DNA of 64,000 nucleotides from Octopus vulgaris. Its lineage: Eukaryota. The stretch is taken from the NCBI GenBank assembly GCA_951406725.2, contig OX597826.1:17484001-17548000 (forward strand). Reading direction: 5' to 3'. Both the position numbers and the translations under genes were made by a program. Shown in pieces: positions 26,151 through 38,813 of this stretch; positions within the stretch are counted from its first letter, which is position 1; the number at the start of each line of letters is the position of its first letter. The notes under the pieces are model-generated. The model ran no database searches and had not been told where the DNA came from. It saw only the letters and a list, made by a program, of their open reading frames with translations.

Positions 26151-26381
26151 GGCGGCGAGCTGGCAGAATCGTTAGCATGTCGGGCGAAATACGTAGCCGT
26201 ATTTTGTCTGCCGTTACGTTCTAAGTTCAAATTCCACCAAGGTCGACTTTACCTTTCATCCTTTCCGGGTCGATTAAATAAGTACCAGTTTCGCACTAGG
26301 GTCGATATAATCGACTTAATCCATTTGTCTGTCCTTGTTTGTCCTCTCTGTGTTTAGCCCCATGTGGGTAGTAAAGAAATA
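26151..26381 (+). mobile_element. SINE family A with 18-bp TSD
   Basis: TSD gatattcgttatatctgg at 26131-26148 and 26382-26399. Confidence 0.95.
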
Positions 26382-26399
26382 GATATTCGTTATATCTGG

Positions 26400-27150
26400 T
26401 CAGATCTGGTGGCTATATATTTGAACCAATACGTCTCAGACTCTCTGGTAACATCACACTATCCAAGACGATAATCGGAGTCAATTGGATAATATTTCTG
26501 TACTCTTGTGGCTGCCTTAGAATCGGAAACTTTTCATTTAGACAAAGCCTGCAATTTTCTGATCCCTTGAAGTATAAAGTGGTTTTGTTGACGGATGTCT
26601 GTTATTGGAAGGGGAAGCAGTCATACCCTTGGTTTCTGCGTTTCCAGACGAATTAAGTCCGCAAAGTATTTTCACTGAATCAGGTGTTTGATAACGCCCA
26701 GTGGTGCTATGGATGACTCATGTTTCTCAGATTCAAAAAGGCTGACTTTATTGAATGGGTAGGTAGGAGGATTTCTGAAGATACTATTCGGCTGTTGAGA
26801 TGGTGGTCGTGTAGGAATGCTTTTTGTTTCAGCTGTAAGGTGTGGCCATTGAAGCATTGTTGTCCAGAAAGTAATAACTGGCCTTGATGTATGTAAATGG
26901 TAAGTGGTTTTACAAAGGCTTGAAAGTTTCTAGTTACCACTCAAGACCACTCAAGTTGTATGATTGATTAAGCGAAATTACCTTTCCGCTTCTCAATTTT
27001 ACTCAGAAGTGGAATGTTCTCCACCGAAGCTAGTTTCTCTTTGAAGCCGCTTCTATCTAATGTTGTAGTTAAGTGCAGTTCTGTTTAAGATGTTTCTGAC
27101 CAAAAATAGTTCAGAGACTCTCTTACTTATTCCAGATGCAAAATTCCTGA
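26400..27150 (-). mobile_element. Penelope-like element, GIY-YIG endonuclease remnant
   Basis: Minus strand contains YFKGSENCRLCLNEKFPIL (PLE C.LCL.EK..I motif) and an LSGQQC linker. It lies upstream of the 25602 hammerhead on the same strand. Confidence 0.75.
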
Positions 27151-27419
27151 CCAGCTGTATATATATACTAGCAGAAAGACCGCTCTCCGGACGGTTTTCT
27201 ACCAGCCCCTTGATAATATTTTCACATTTGATTTCTAATTCTAATAATTTGTATATTTTACGTCTAATTATTTCTTTGCATAATAGTGCTCACTTGCTTA
27301 GTAAATATTACTTTCATTATTTTATCACAGTCATAATCTCTCTTTTTTAAACAAACATCACGGTAATCCAACAACAGAAGGAGAAGCAGTTTGTCAAGTT
27401 TTACCTTCCCCTCCGTTTT

Positions 27420-27925
27420 CCCGTCCTTGTTTTTGTATACATTCGCTGCTTTCTTCCAAGGAATCTAATGCTCTTAGCTTAGTTTTTCCTTGGAGCTGGC
27501 CAGATTGGAGCAATATCGAGTATAATCAGCTGAAATTGCGAAGATAATCTGGTACTCGACTGAGGAAAGAAAACTTCGAATGACCCGCCCTTGGTTTCTT
27601 TGTATCGTCTATCTGGAGGATTTTTTTTGTCTCATTTTTGTATCACTTAACTGTCCGATGTTTTGCCTTCGTGTCCCATTTTGTATTATACATCCTCTTT
27701 TTCTTCCTCTTTTTCTCATTTTACTTGTTTCAGTCATTTGACTGTGGCCATGCTGGAGCACCGCCTTTAATCGAGCAACTCGACCCCGGGACTTATTCTT
27801 TATAAGCCCAGTACTTATTCTATCGGTCTCTTTTGCCGAACCGCTAAATGCCGGGGACATCAACGCACCAGCATCGGTTGTCAAGCAATGCTAGGGGGAC
27901 AAACACAGACACACAAACATACACG

Positions 27926-27997
<72 letters not shown>

Positions 27998-28164
27998 TAC
28001 GACAGGCTTCTTTCAGTTTCCGTCTACCAAATCCACTCACAAGGCTTTGGTCGGCCCGAGGCTATAGTAGAAGACACTTGCCCAAGGTACCACGCAGTGG
28101 GACTGAACCCAGAACCATGTAGTTCGTAAGCAAGCTACTTACCACACAGCCACTCCTGCGCCTA
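27420..28164. mobile_element. Family C repeat (27420-27690, +) followed by full SINE B (27715-28164, -)
   Basis: Matches to other copies in the window. Confidence 0.88.
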
Positions 28165-28325
28165 TACATACATATATTGATACATTTGGTACATTTAGAA
28201 AGTGCACTGCCCGCAGTTCCAGAATATAATATAAACTGCCACAAAAGATTTTAATGTATTCATTAGTACTGACTAAACCATATTTACTTCCTAGATATAA
28301 CATTAAATTTGGATACAAACAAAGA

Positions 28326-28408
<83 letters not shown>

Positions 28409-28672
28409 AACTTAATCCACAATCATTAGATCAAACAAGTTAATCTGATGACCATACGACTTGATCGGGTAGCTTCCTTTACATATAAGAGTCCAGTCAG
28501 TTTTAATTATGACCATGACCTGATTCATAGTTGACCACATGGCCTATATATTAACCAGTGGAAATCTTGTGCTGTTGACGTCGTTTGACGGATCGCTTCT
28601 ATGTTTTACATGTGAAACGCCGAATAACAATAGAGTGAATCACCAAGTTTTTTCCCACTGCGCACAAATACT

Positions 28673-28707
<35 letters not shown>

Positions 28708-29241
28708 CTCAGACAACGTTATCACTAAGTAAATCAAACGAAGTCCATTATGTATTAAATTCCACTTATTCAATAGATAAATGAATAAATAGGTAAATGA
28801 ATATATTCTCCCATTTCGTCCGTCTTTACGTTCTGAGAGCAGAGTTTTGAAGAGTTGAATTAAACCTAGAACTAATTAATTTTAAGCCGGGACGTAAACA
28901 AACCAACACCTGTCATCAAGCAGTGGGACGATAAGCACAAACATACTCACACACACAAAAAAAAAACATATGTATATATATATACACACACATACACATA
29001 TATTTTATGTTTTCTTTCAGTCATTAGACTGCGACCATTATGGGGCACTGCCTTGAAAGACTTTTAGTCAAATGAACTGACCCCACTTTTTAGGCCTGGT
29101 ACTTATTCGATAATTCTCTTTTTGCCGAGTCGCTTAGTTACGGTGACGGAAACACACAACACTGGTTGTCAAGCTGTTTTGGGGGCACAAAAACACATAC
29201 ATACATATGTATACTACATAATACACACACAAACACACACG

Positions 29242-29292
<51 letters not shown>

Positions 29293-29517
29293 CTAGTGGA
29301 TTGTGAATTATTTATCCACCAATGCGGTGTTGATCACTCATTCCAACGTTCTACTTTTACAGGAGTGGCTGTGTGGTAAGTAGCTTGTTTACCAACCACA
29401 TGGTTCCGGGTTCAGTCCCACTGCGTGGCACCTTGGGCAAGTGCCTTCTACTATAGCCTCGAGCCGACTAAAGCCTTGTGAGTGGATTTGGTAGACGGAA
29501 ACTTAAAGAAGCCCGTC

Positions 29518-29565
<48 letters not shown>

Positions 29566-29570
<5 letters not shown>

Positions 29571-29790
29571 TAATCCAAACAAGAAAACAAAAAGACAACA
29601 ACGCGAGGATGTGGAACAAATAAAGTATTATTGGGCGCTCAGGAAAGAAGGGAAGAAGGAGGGTATGACGTTTCGAGCGGAGCTCTTCGTCGGAAACATA
29701 GGAGAAGGAAAGATCCTGAGGTGGGAGGACAGAGGGGAAAAAAATGCAAGTGGTCTTCACGAGGTCACATACTGAAAAGGCGGAGGTGGT
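29566..29790 (-). mobile_element. Short Penelope-derived element with minimal hammerhead motif (29663-29697)
   Basis: Minus strand gttt-CCGACGA-a-GAGC tcc GCTC-GAAA-CG-TC-atac. Homologous to 37841-38010 and 41818-41990. Confidence 0.7.
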
Positions 29791-29869
29791 AAAAAAGAAG
29801 GAGCAAGTTTTCAAAAACAGGAGAGCGGTATCAAAGAAGGAATGGTAAACAAAGGTGTGCGAGATGACA

Positions 29870-30765
29870 AGGGTATGTGTGTGAGTGTGTGCGTGTGTGT
29901 GTGTATGTGTGTATATGTTGGGCAAAGGCTAGTGGCAAGCAGCAGTTAGCGAGTCAGGAAGGCAGGTCAGAAACAGGGAGGAATGTGTGTGTACGTGTAT
30001 ATGTCTCGTGTGTGTGTTTTGTTGTAGTATGTGTGTGTTTTGTTGTAGTATGTGTGTGTGTACGTGTGCATTTTTTTGTGTGTATGGCGAGTAACTGTGC
30101 TTAACTAAGTGAATGTGTGGGTGTGTGTGTGTGCTTGTATGTGCTTGTATGTGCGTATATGTATATGTGTCGGTGTGTATGTGAATTCGTGTGTGTTTGT
30201 ACGTGTGTAAGTGTGTGTGCGTGTATTGTATATATATATGTAAATGTGTGTGTGTAAGTGCGTGGGAGTGAATGTATGTATGTGCGTGTGTGTACAAAAT
30301 ATAGGGGTATTATATGTGTGTTTAAATGTTTATATGTGTGTATATATATATGCATGCAAGGACACACTTCGCAACTGAAAGAATGATGGAAAATACTCCT
30401 GCGGTGACAGGCGCATGAGAAACCCCAGGCACAACGCGCCGGCCCAGACACGAACCCGAGATAAAGCCAGAACCCACAAGCATGCGTGCATGCATGTATG
30501 TGCGCGTGCATGCGAGTGTGTGTGTAGGTATGTGTGTGTGTATGTATGTGTGAGTGTGTATGTGTGTATGTCTGTGTGTATGTGTGTATGTCTGTGTGTA
30601 TGTGTGTCCGTATGAGTGTATGTAAGTATGTGTGTGTATGTATGTGTATGTGTATGTGTGTATGTGTGTATGTATGTGTGTGTGTATGTGTGTGTATGTA
30701 TGTATGTGTGTATGTGTGGAAGTGTGTGTGTGTATGTATGTGTGTGTGTATGTATGTATGCATGC

Positions 30766-30797
<32 letters not shown>

Positions 30798-31292
30798 GCA
30801 TGCGTGTATGTGTGTATGTGTGCGTATGTATGCATGTATGCATGCATGTGCGTATGTGTGTGTGTGTGCATGTGTGTATGTATATATGTGTATGTGCGTG
30901 TATGTGTGTGTATGTATGTATGTGTGTGTGTGTGTGTATGTGTGTAAGCGTGTGTGTATAAGTGTATGTGTGTATGTATGTATGGGTGTGTGTCTGTGTA
31001 TGTTTGTGTGTGTGTATGGATGTATGTATGTATGAGTGAAGGTATGAATGTAAGTATGTGTGTGTACGTATGTAATGTATGTATGTATGCGTGTGCGTGT
31101 GTATGTGGGTGTGTATGTATGTATGTGTGAGTGTATAGGTGTATGTCTGTATGTATGTATGTCTTGTGTATGTATGTATGTATGTATGTGTATGTGTGTG
31201 TATGTGTGTATGTGTGTGTATGTATGTATGTGTGTGGGTATGTATGTGTGTGTATGTATGTATGCATGTATGTAAGTGTGTGTGCGTGTATA

Positions 31293-31334
<42 letters not shown>

Positions 31335-31350
31335 AATATATGCGTATGTG
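29870..31350. repeat. Long degenerate (TG)/(TATG) simple-repeat array
   Basis: Direct reading. It is the source of the 350-388 aa HT/YI ORFs. Confidence 0.95.
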
Positions 31351-31553
31351 TGTTTGTGTATCTGTGTTTGTCCCCCTAGCATTGCTTGACAACCGATGCT
31401 GGTGTGTTTATGTCCCCGTTACTTAGCGGTTCGGCAAAAGAGATCGATAGAATAAGTACTGGGCTTACAAAAGAAGTCCCGGGGTCGAGTTGCTCGATTA
31501 AAGGCAGTGCTCCAGCATGGCCGCAGTCTAATGACTGAAACAAGTAAAAGAGT

Positions 31554-31631
<78 letters not shown>

Positions 31632-32224
31632 GTAACGGTCGGATTTAATTGATTTGTAAACATTGTTATGAGTTGGGGTCAGCTGTAGTGACGATAAATT
31701 ATTTGTTGTTAAATCGGCAAGTTGTAAAATGTGTAAGATGAACAATGAAAGTTTTAAGGAAATGTTTATTTACCTTTACGTTACAAACACCTTGCCTCGA
31801 CGGGCAGGTTTTGATACATCCAAAAGCATGCGAAAGTTAGATGCGGTAGAAGGTTTGAGTTTGGGTTCTCTTCAATGTTTAGTAGTAAACACAGAGAGAG
31901 AGATAGAATGATGTTGTAAGAGAACAGAATTAGAGCTAGAGAGAATTATAGGGTGCTGGCTCACAGTTGCATTCTCCTTCTGAAAAAGGTTGGTCAGCCA
32001 GACCTCGTTGAGTCGTCACCGGTTGGTGACTGACTTTTGCTTGGGTTGTGCTTGCTTATATTAAGATCCAGAAGGATAGATATATCATTGAGAACAATAG
32101 ATTTAGTATGATGCTTTTTTTTTCTTGGGCTCTAGAAATCATAAGGTTGGGTCCTGTTTCCATGGCGTATAAGCAGCCGAGATCACACCTTTTCTCTTTT
32201 AAAGGGACCGGTCTGTTGCACCGG

Positions 32225-32423
32225 TCAAAGCCGACAATTTTGTGGGGAGGGACAAGTTGATTACATCGACTCCAGTACTTAACTGGTACTTTATTTTATC
32301 GAATACGAAGAGATGAAAAGCAAAGTTGACTTCGGCGGGATTTGAACTCAGAACGTAAAGAACCGAAAGCAATACCACCGAGCATTTTGTCCGATGTGTT
32401 GTACCTCCGCCAGCTCGCCGCCT
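32225..32423 (-). mobile_element. SINE family A, diverged
   Basis: Ends ccagctcgccgcc (reverse complement of the head). Confidence 0.8.
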
Positions 32424-33099
32424 TATATAGTATGATAGGTTTTCAAGCATGGGATTGTCTCACAAATCTCTTACGCTAGTTTTTCCAACACCGCCATGAT
32501 CGATGCAGCGTTTGTATAGGGTTAAACATATTCCGTCAATATGGACGCTAACGAAGTTGGTATCAAGTTCAGAAATCAATCAAAGCTGGCTACGGTGCCA
32601 CAGGCCCCAATAAAAACCGAAGCCACATCAATAGCGAAATTGCGAGACAACTTTTTACTTTTATTTTACTTCAACGTGTCGTGTTTTATTAAATACTATC
32701 CTCAGAGAAATCGAAAAAGAAACAGATCTCAGAACTTGTGAACGGTACGTTGAGAAAATTCAGATGTAATTTAGGCCTTGGATTTAGGATCGTTCGGTCG
32801 TTGGCTCGATTCTTGAACTGGATGGTGCATTGTGTCTTGAATATTTTATGTCTTTTCAGTCAACTCAGCTGGAAACTAGAACAGTGTCAGCTGGGGAAAT
32901 ACCCATGTGACGTACTGGAATCCCCAAACAGTCTCTTAACTGCAACCAAAATTGGGATAAAACCCGGATTTATGCGTACGCGTAGGCTCAAGTCAAATTA
33001 CACCCCCCACACACACACACACATTCATACATACATACATGCATACATACATACATACATACATACATACATACATACATACATACATACATACATACA

Positions 33100-33133
<34 letters not shown>

Positions 33134-33344
33134 CATACATACATACATATATACATCTATATATATATGAATACGACGAGCTTCTTCTTTCTACCAATAT
33201 TTTATATATATATAAATAAATTCTATTGTGTCTGGGGAAAGTCAGTCTATTTTTGTGCCTTATAATTTAACACACTCACCGGTAAAATTTCCACTCATTT
33301 ACTTATTTATTTTTTTTACTTATTTATATATATATATGTGGGGG

Positions 33345-33575
33345 GGGGCTTAGTGATTAGGGTGTCAGCATCATGATCGTAAGATTGTGGTTTCGATTCC
33401 TGGACCGGGCGACGCGTTTTGTTCTTGACCAAAACACATTGCTCCAGTCCACTCAGCTGACAAAAATGAGTAACGCTGCGATGGACTGGCGTCCCGTTCA
33501 GGTGGGGAACACATACGCCATTGAAACTGGGAAACCGGGCCCATGAGTCTGGCTAGGCTTTAAGAGGGCGCATTT
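33345..33575 (+). mobile_element. tRNA-derived SINE family D (V-domain-like)
   Basis: A/B boxes (ttagtgattagg, ggtttcgattcc) followed by ctgcgatggactggcgtcccgttcagg, which resembles the V-SINE domain. Confidence 0.7.
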
Positions 33576-33595
33576 ATTATTTATTATATATATAT

Positions 33596-33954
33596 ACTAG
33601 CAGTATCGCCCGGCGTTGCTCAGGTTTGTAAGGGAAATAATTATAAAGCATTTTTAGAGAGTTATAGCCAAAAAATAGCAAAAAAATGGAAAAAAATGGT
33701 AAATTTTTTATTTTAAATTAAAAAAGGTGGAGTTGCGTCCCCTAGACAGTTTGTGGTTTGTGTTTATGATTCTCGACCCCATTTATCGATTTTTTTCAGA
33801 GCTGGGGGAACTTTTCAAAATTTTCGCTGCGTTAGTTTTGAATTATGACATTGGGCTATGTGTGTGTCAAGTTTCATCAGAATCGGTTGAAAGCCGTGGT
33901 CAGGGTGAGGGTACAAGCAAACAGACACACAGAAGCACGCACAGACAAACTGCC

Positions 33955-33960
<6 letters not shown>
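33596..33960 (+). mobile_element. Non-autonomous Helentron/Helitron-like element
   Basis: Starts tactagcagtatcgcccggcgttgc, contains caagtttcatcagaatcggttga and ends in cagacaaac...(TA)n, the layout of DINE/HINE-type elements. Confidence 0.6.
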
Positions 33961-34016
<56 letters not shown>

Positions 34017-34049
34017 CCAAAGTGTACGTAAGCCGCTATATATATATAT

Positions 34050-34190
<141 letters not shown>

Positions 34191-34197
34191 CAGACAG

Positions 34198-34412
34198 ATA
34201 CAAAATGGGACAAGAACGCAAAACATCCAGACAGGTGATACAAGGAAGAGGCAACAAAACATCCAGATAGACGATACAAAGAAAACAACAACAGGCCATT
34301 CGAAGTTTTCTTTCTTCAGTCGAGTACCAGATTATCTTTGCAATTTCGGCTGGTTATACTCGAGATTGCTCCAATCTGGCCAGCCCCATGGAAAAACTAA
34401 GCTAAGAGTCCG
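34198..34412 (-). mobile_element. Family C repeat adjoining (GATA)n (34050-34198)
   Basis: Reverse complement of 112-320 and 27484-27690. Confidence 0.8.
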
Positions 34413-35342
34413 AATAGTGGTGTCGGTTTGCGTGCGCAGAATGTGCCAGTCGGTGCGCGACTGAGGTAGAGTGAACGAGCGTGCGCATGAGTGCCTAATG
34501 TGCCAGTCGTTGCGTAACAGAGACAGTGAGTGAGCGTGCAAGGGCGTATACATGAGTGCGAGAGAAGGTCCTGGGGCTGTGGAATAAGCTGAAGCGAATG
34601 AGTGTGTGTATTCTCAATCCTTGATATCAGCAAAAGTTTTCTTGCAGGATTGCATTTTGTGTGAAAATGCCTTGAAAGGAGGGCAGAAGCAAAATGTGTC
34701 TGGCATTGTTGTCGTGGGAGAGACAATTTTATCTACTAACTTCATGACCAACCTGGGGTCGCGCAAAGGCAGCTTGTGTCTGACAAGGGTGCAGAGAGCA
34801 TGCACTGACATCCGACGTACACAGAGTCGGGTAAAAGAGCTGGGCGGGCACAAGCATGAGAAAACGACTCTAAAGGCACTATATTGAGGTGCATGTGTAT
34901 AAGTCTTATTGCTATGAAGGTATGATGTTGTGGAGAAAAAAAAATGTAGGTAAAAGTTACAGAGGTTTAAAAATCGAAAAGACTGTATTTTTAGCCAATA
35001 GCGAGACAAACATTTTCTGTTTAGCGGAGCGGCGTTAACTTTAAGGTTGTATCCTTTTAAATTTATAGTTTAGCGTCTGTGAAATGACCTGTTCATTGTG
35101 GGTTTTTAAATAAACAGAAATACCTAATTTCGTTGTAGGTTTGTAAATAAACAGAAATAGCTAATAAAATCAACATTTATCATCTTAGTGTTTCTTTTGT
35201 CTCTTCATTGATTGTATGTTTTTATCATTTTTAATTTGTTACATTAATATATTTGTCTGCATGTGTTTGCTTTATGCGTATTTCAGTATTATGTATACAT
35301 GTCATGTATTTGTGTACACCAATAATATATAAGTGTGTGTGT

Positions 35343-35432
<90 letters not shown>

Positions 35433-37165
35433 AGGGGACGTCTGTCTTCAAAACTCCAAAATTGAGTAACATTTTCATGCTTGGATTTGTAAACTAAAAT
35501 AAGAATAACACTGGTCAACAAAGAATTTATCCCAAAATTATATGAAATGAAAAATATGTAAAAGTACTAACACACAGAAAAGTATGTATTATACTAGCAC
35601 ACAGAAAAAAATTAAAAAAGCACCCGGGTGAAAAGAATCTTGTGGTGAGAAGAATCAACAGAGAGCAACGAGCGGCACAGACACGAGTGAAGGGAAACAC
35701 AACACAGCGTACGGTTGTCATGGTAAAAAGCTGCTTATGCCACGCTGTTTGTTGATTGGCTAAAATTACCCAAATTTCCCAACTTTAATTCCAAATAACA
35801 TCAACTTTTTTTAATTTACGAGATAAATTAATTGGATGATTGTAATCAAAATTTAGTTGCATCGATACACTAAAACTGAAAGCAATCTGGGCAAAATTAA
35901 AAGGGACTCATTTTGCTAACGAAACTAACTAGATCCTTCGAAAAGTTTGTAGCTGTGACGAATATTGCATGTGCGGGTTTCCTTATTTTCATCCAGATAG
36001 TTTTTGATCGGATGGCTGTCGAAATGTTGCGTTTTTCAGCTGTCGATGTTTCTTTCGTGACTCTGTGCAACGTAGTGGCGTGCATTCTGTGGCAAGTTGA
36101 AAGTGCATAGTGGGTGTCCATTGTGTCGGTGAGTTCTTTTTTTTTTTTTTTTCATATAGTGTGACAGTCGAAACGGAAACTGTTTAGTGAAAGTTGTTAA
36201 TCTTGTCTTCGATGTGACGAGCATGATGTGAAGGCTGTAATTCTTGAGCTTGAGTCACCAGAATATAGCGACGAAATGGAAAATTTAACCGCAGACCAAA
36301 AAGTGGTCTTCATTTTTCAAATGCAATGAAGTTGGTGAAGTAGAGGAGGCAATCGTATATTAGAACGTCGGGAAGCATACGAGGCAACGGCTGTTGGAGT
36401 GAAGGTTGTAGATCTTTTAGATCGGAGGTCACCAATGGTAGTGGGCGTTTGGTGAAGGCCGTAATTGTCTTCACGAGTTCGTGCAATGCAGCGAAATGAT
36501 GTGCGATGTAATGGATATAGAACATGTAGAATCACGTCAGTATGATGTAGCCTGCTACCAAATGTAGCGTGTAGGTGCAACGCTTGAGGGTTCCCGCGTC
36601 GGAGTAACCAGTGAACATCGAAGAATCAACATCAAGAAGGAAGAAATATTATTTACATATATTTATTCATTTGCCCGACAGGTAGTTAGGGAGACAGTAG
36701 TGATTGTAGTGATAGTAATAAAAAGGTTGGCTCGGTGGTTAGTAGTCGATAGTGTAGAACTTGCTGTCTGCCAGTAGAGAGGGAAAGAGTATGGAATGCA
36801 TGGTGCTGACTAGAAAGGAAGAAAGAATAAAGGGAGCATCGTCTTTCTTGCGGTCGAAAACTTCTCTTCGTATGTCAAGTGAAATACGAAGGGATGTGTT
36901 GCTCCTTGGTCATAGCTGACACAAAAGACACAGGAAATGCACTATGGTCAGTAATGTAGGTCAAACCCTAAACAAAGGACTGACCTTTCCTTGACCAGCG
37001 CAGGTCCTTGGGGGTTCAAGTGTTTCCCCAACAATCCTCTAGTGTGGGGGTGCAAACAAAGGATTTCCCGCACGTTTTGACAAGCAAAAAGCGGGTGGAT
37101 TTGGTTTCAAATCTCAGGCAGAGCCAAGCGAGGTCCCTACACACACACACACACACACACACACA

Positions 37166-37210
<45 letters not shown>

Positions 37211-37584
37211 TGTGTGTTTGTGTGCATTTAGTTAAAAAAAACTCAGAAATGGTGCATTCACGAGAAAAATGAGCTTGATTTTCAAAATCTATAAATCCTT
37301 CATGGATCTATTCCATTTCAATCATGGATTTTCTAATCAATTTGTTTTTTAACTAAACAGTTTGAAATTTTAAATACTGAGGAAGAACTTCCGGGTCATC
37401 TCTACTAAATGTCACCACTCCGTTCGAAGAATCAACACCAAGAAGGAAGAAATATTATTTGCATATTCGTTCGTTCGATATTTGTGTTTTATCAGCATAT
37501 AAAAGCGCGCCGGTGTTTAAAAGACTTTTAGAGTAAACGAGTCCGCAGCAAGTTTCTTTTTTTTTTGGTTTTTTTTTTTACGTA

Positions 37585-37784
37585 TACTCTTTTACTCTTT
37601 TACTTGTTTCAGTCATTTTGACTGCGGCTATGCTGGAGCACCGCCTTTAGTCGAGCCCGGGACTTATTCTTTGTAAGCCCAGTACTTATTCTATCGGTCT
37701 CTTTTGCCGAACCGCTAAGTGACGGGGACGTAAACACACCCGCATCGGTTGTCAAGCAATGCTAGGGGGACAAACACAGACACA

Positions 37785-37840
<56 letters not shown>

Positions 37841-38174
37841 ACGGGAAGCTTTATGAAAATTGACAAAAGACGAAGGCAGGTGGAAAACAAACAAACAATT
37901 GTATTAGTATGGCGCTCAGGAAATATAAATAAAACAAGTCTTTAACGTTTCGAGCCTGCGCTCTTCGACAGAAAGATACACAGAGAGAAAAAAAACACAG
38001 AAAGAAGGAGGACAGGCTTCTTTCAGTTTCCGTCTACCAAATCCACTCACAAGGCATTGGTCGGCCCGGGGCTATAGCAGAAGACACTTGCCCAAGATGC
38101 CACGCAGTGGGACTGAACCCGGAACCATGTGGTTGGTAAACAAGCTACTTACCACACAGCCACTCCTGCGCCTA
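37585..38174 (-). mobile_element. SINE B containing a Penelope-derived hammerhead element (37841-38010) in its (TA)n
   Basis: Minus-strand motif TCTTT-CTGTCGA-a-GAGC gcag GCTC-GAAA-CG-TT-AAAGA at 37939-37976. Confidence 0.88.
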
Positions 38175-38378
38175 TATGTAGTTTCAAAATGCCTTATTTT
38201 ACAACTATGAGATGTATTGTTATTGTCATGATTTCATCTTACTATAATCAACAACAAACACATTTCGTCAATATAAAAGTATTTATTAAATTAAAAAAAT
38301 AACATAATCAAAACATGAAGGTAAAACAAAACAAATAGTGGCTTATACATTGTAATTGTAGTGGCAGTAACAAGTTCG

Positions 38379-38813
38379 GGATCTTTTCGGTTTGAACGGC
38401 AGTTTTTTTTTTTTATATAATTTCCACGAAACTAAACACTTTTAAACTCCGTATACTGGTAGAGTGTGTTTATAAAACATCTTTTTCTCTTGGCTTTGTT
38501 GAGAAAATATTATAGTTTGTAAGATATTTGTTGGGTTTTTTTTCTTCAATTTCTGCAATTTCAACCAATCAATGACCGTCTATTGAGGTGAAAACATTCT
38601 GTGCCGTATGAAAATGTCCCTCGTTTAAGAAATAGATTGGGTTTATTTACATTTCTGAAGAAAAAAAAGATACCCTTCCCCCACCCCTAACCCTAACTAT
38701 CCCTAACCCTAAAATAGATTGAAATGCAATAGATCGATACTAGGGTCATAATTATGGGTGACAATTTCATATGGCACCGCTAGAAAAAACTGCCGTTCAA
38801 ACCGAAAAGATCC
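38379..38813 (+). mobile_element. Merlin-like MITE, complete
   Basis: Perfect ~30-bp TIRs GGatcttttcggtttgaacggcagtttttt and an exact 8-bp TSD caagttcg (38371-38378, 38814-38821). GG..CC ends with an 8-bp TSD fit the Merlin superfamily. Confidence 0.88.

Larger units (their letters stand above)
29360..31555 (+). mobile_element. SINE B split by about 1.8 kb inserted in its central microsatellite
   Basis: 5' half 29360-29520 and 3' half 31350-31555 flank a PLE-derived element and a degenerate (GT)/(GTAT) satellite. Confidence 0.8.

Noticed and set aside
27558-27590. Hammerhead in family C repeats (ctgaggaaagaaaacttcgaatg)
   Set aside because: CUGANGA and a small stem are present, but GAAA, the UH site and stem I pairing are not consistently supported in the three copies.
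30101-31426. ORFs of 350-388 aa (His/Thr/Tyr/Ile or Val/Cys/Met rich) and similar ORFs throughout the window
   Set aside because: They are translations of (CA)n, (TA)n, (TACA)n and (GATA)n microsatellites, open in several frames on both strands.
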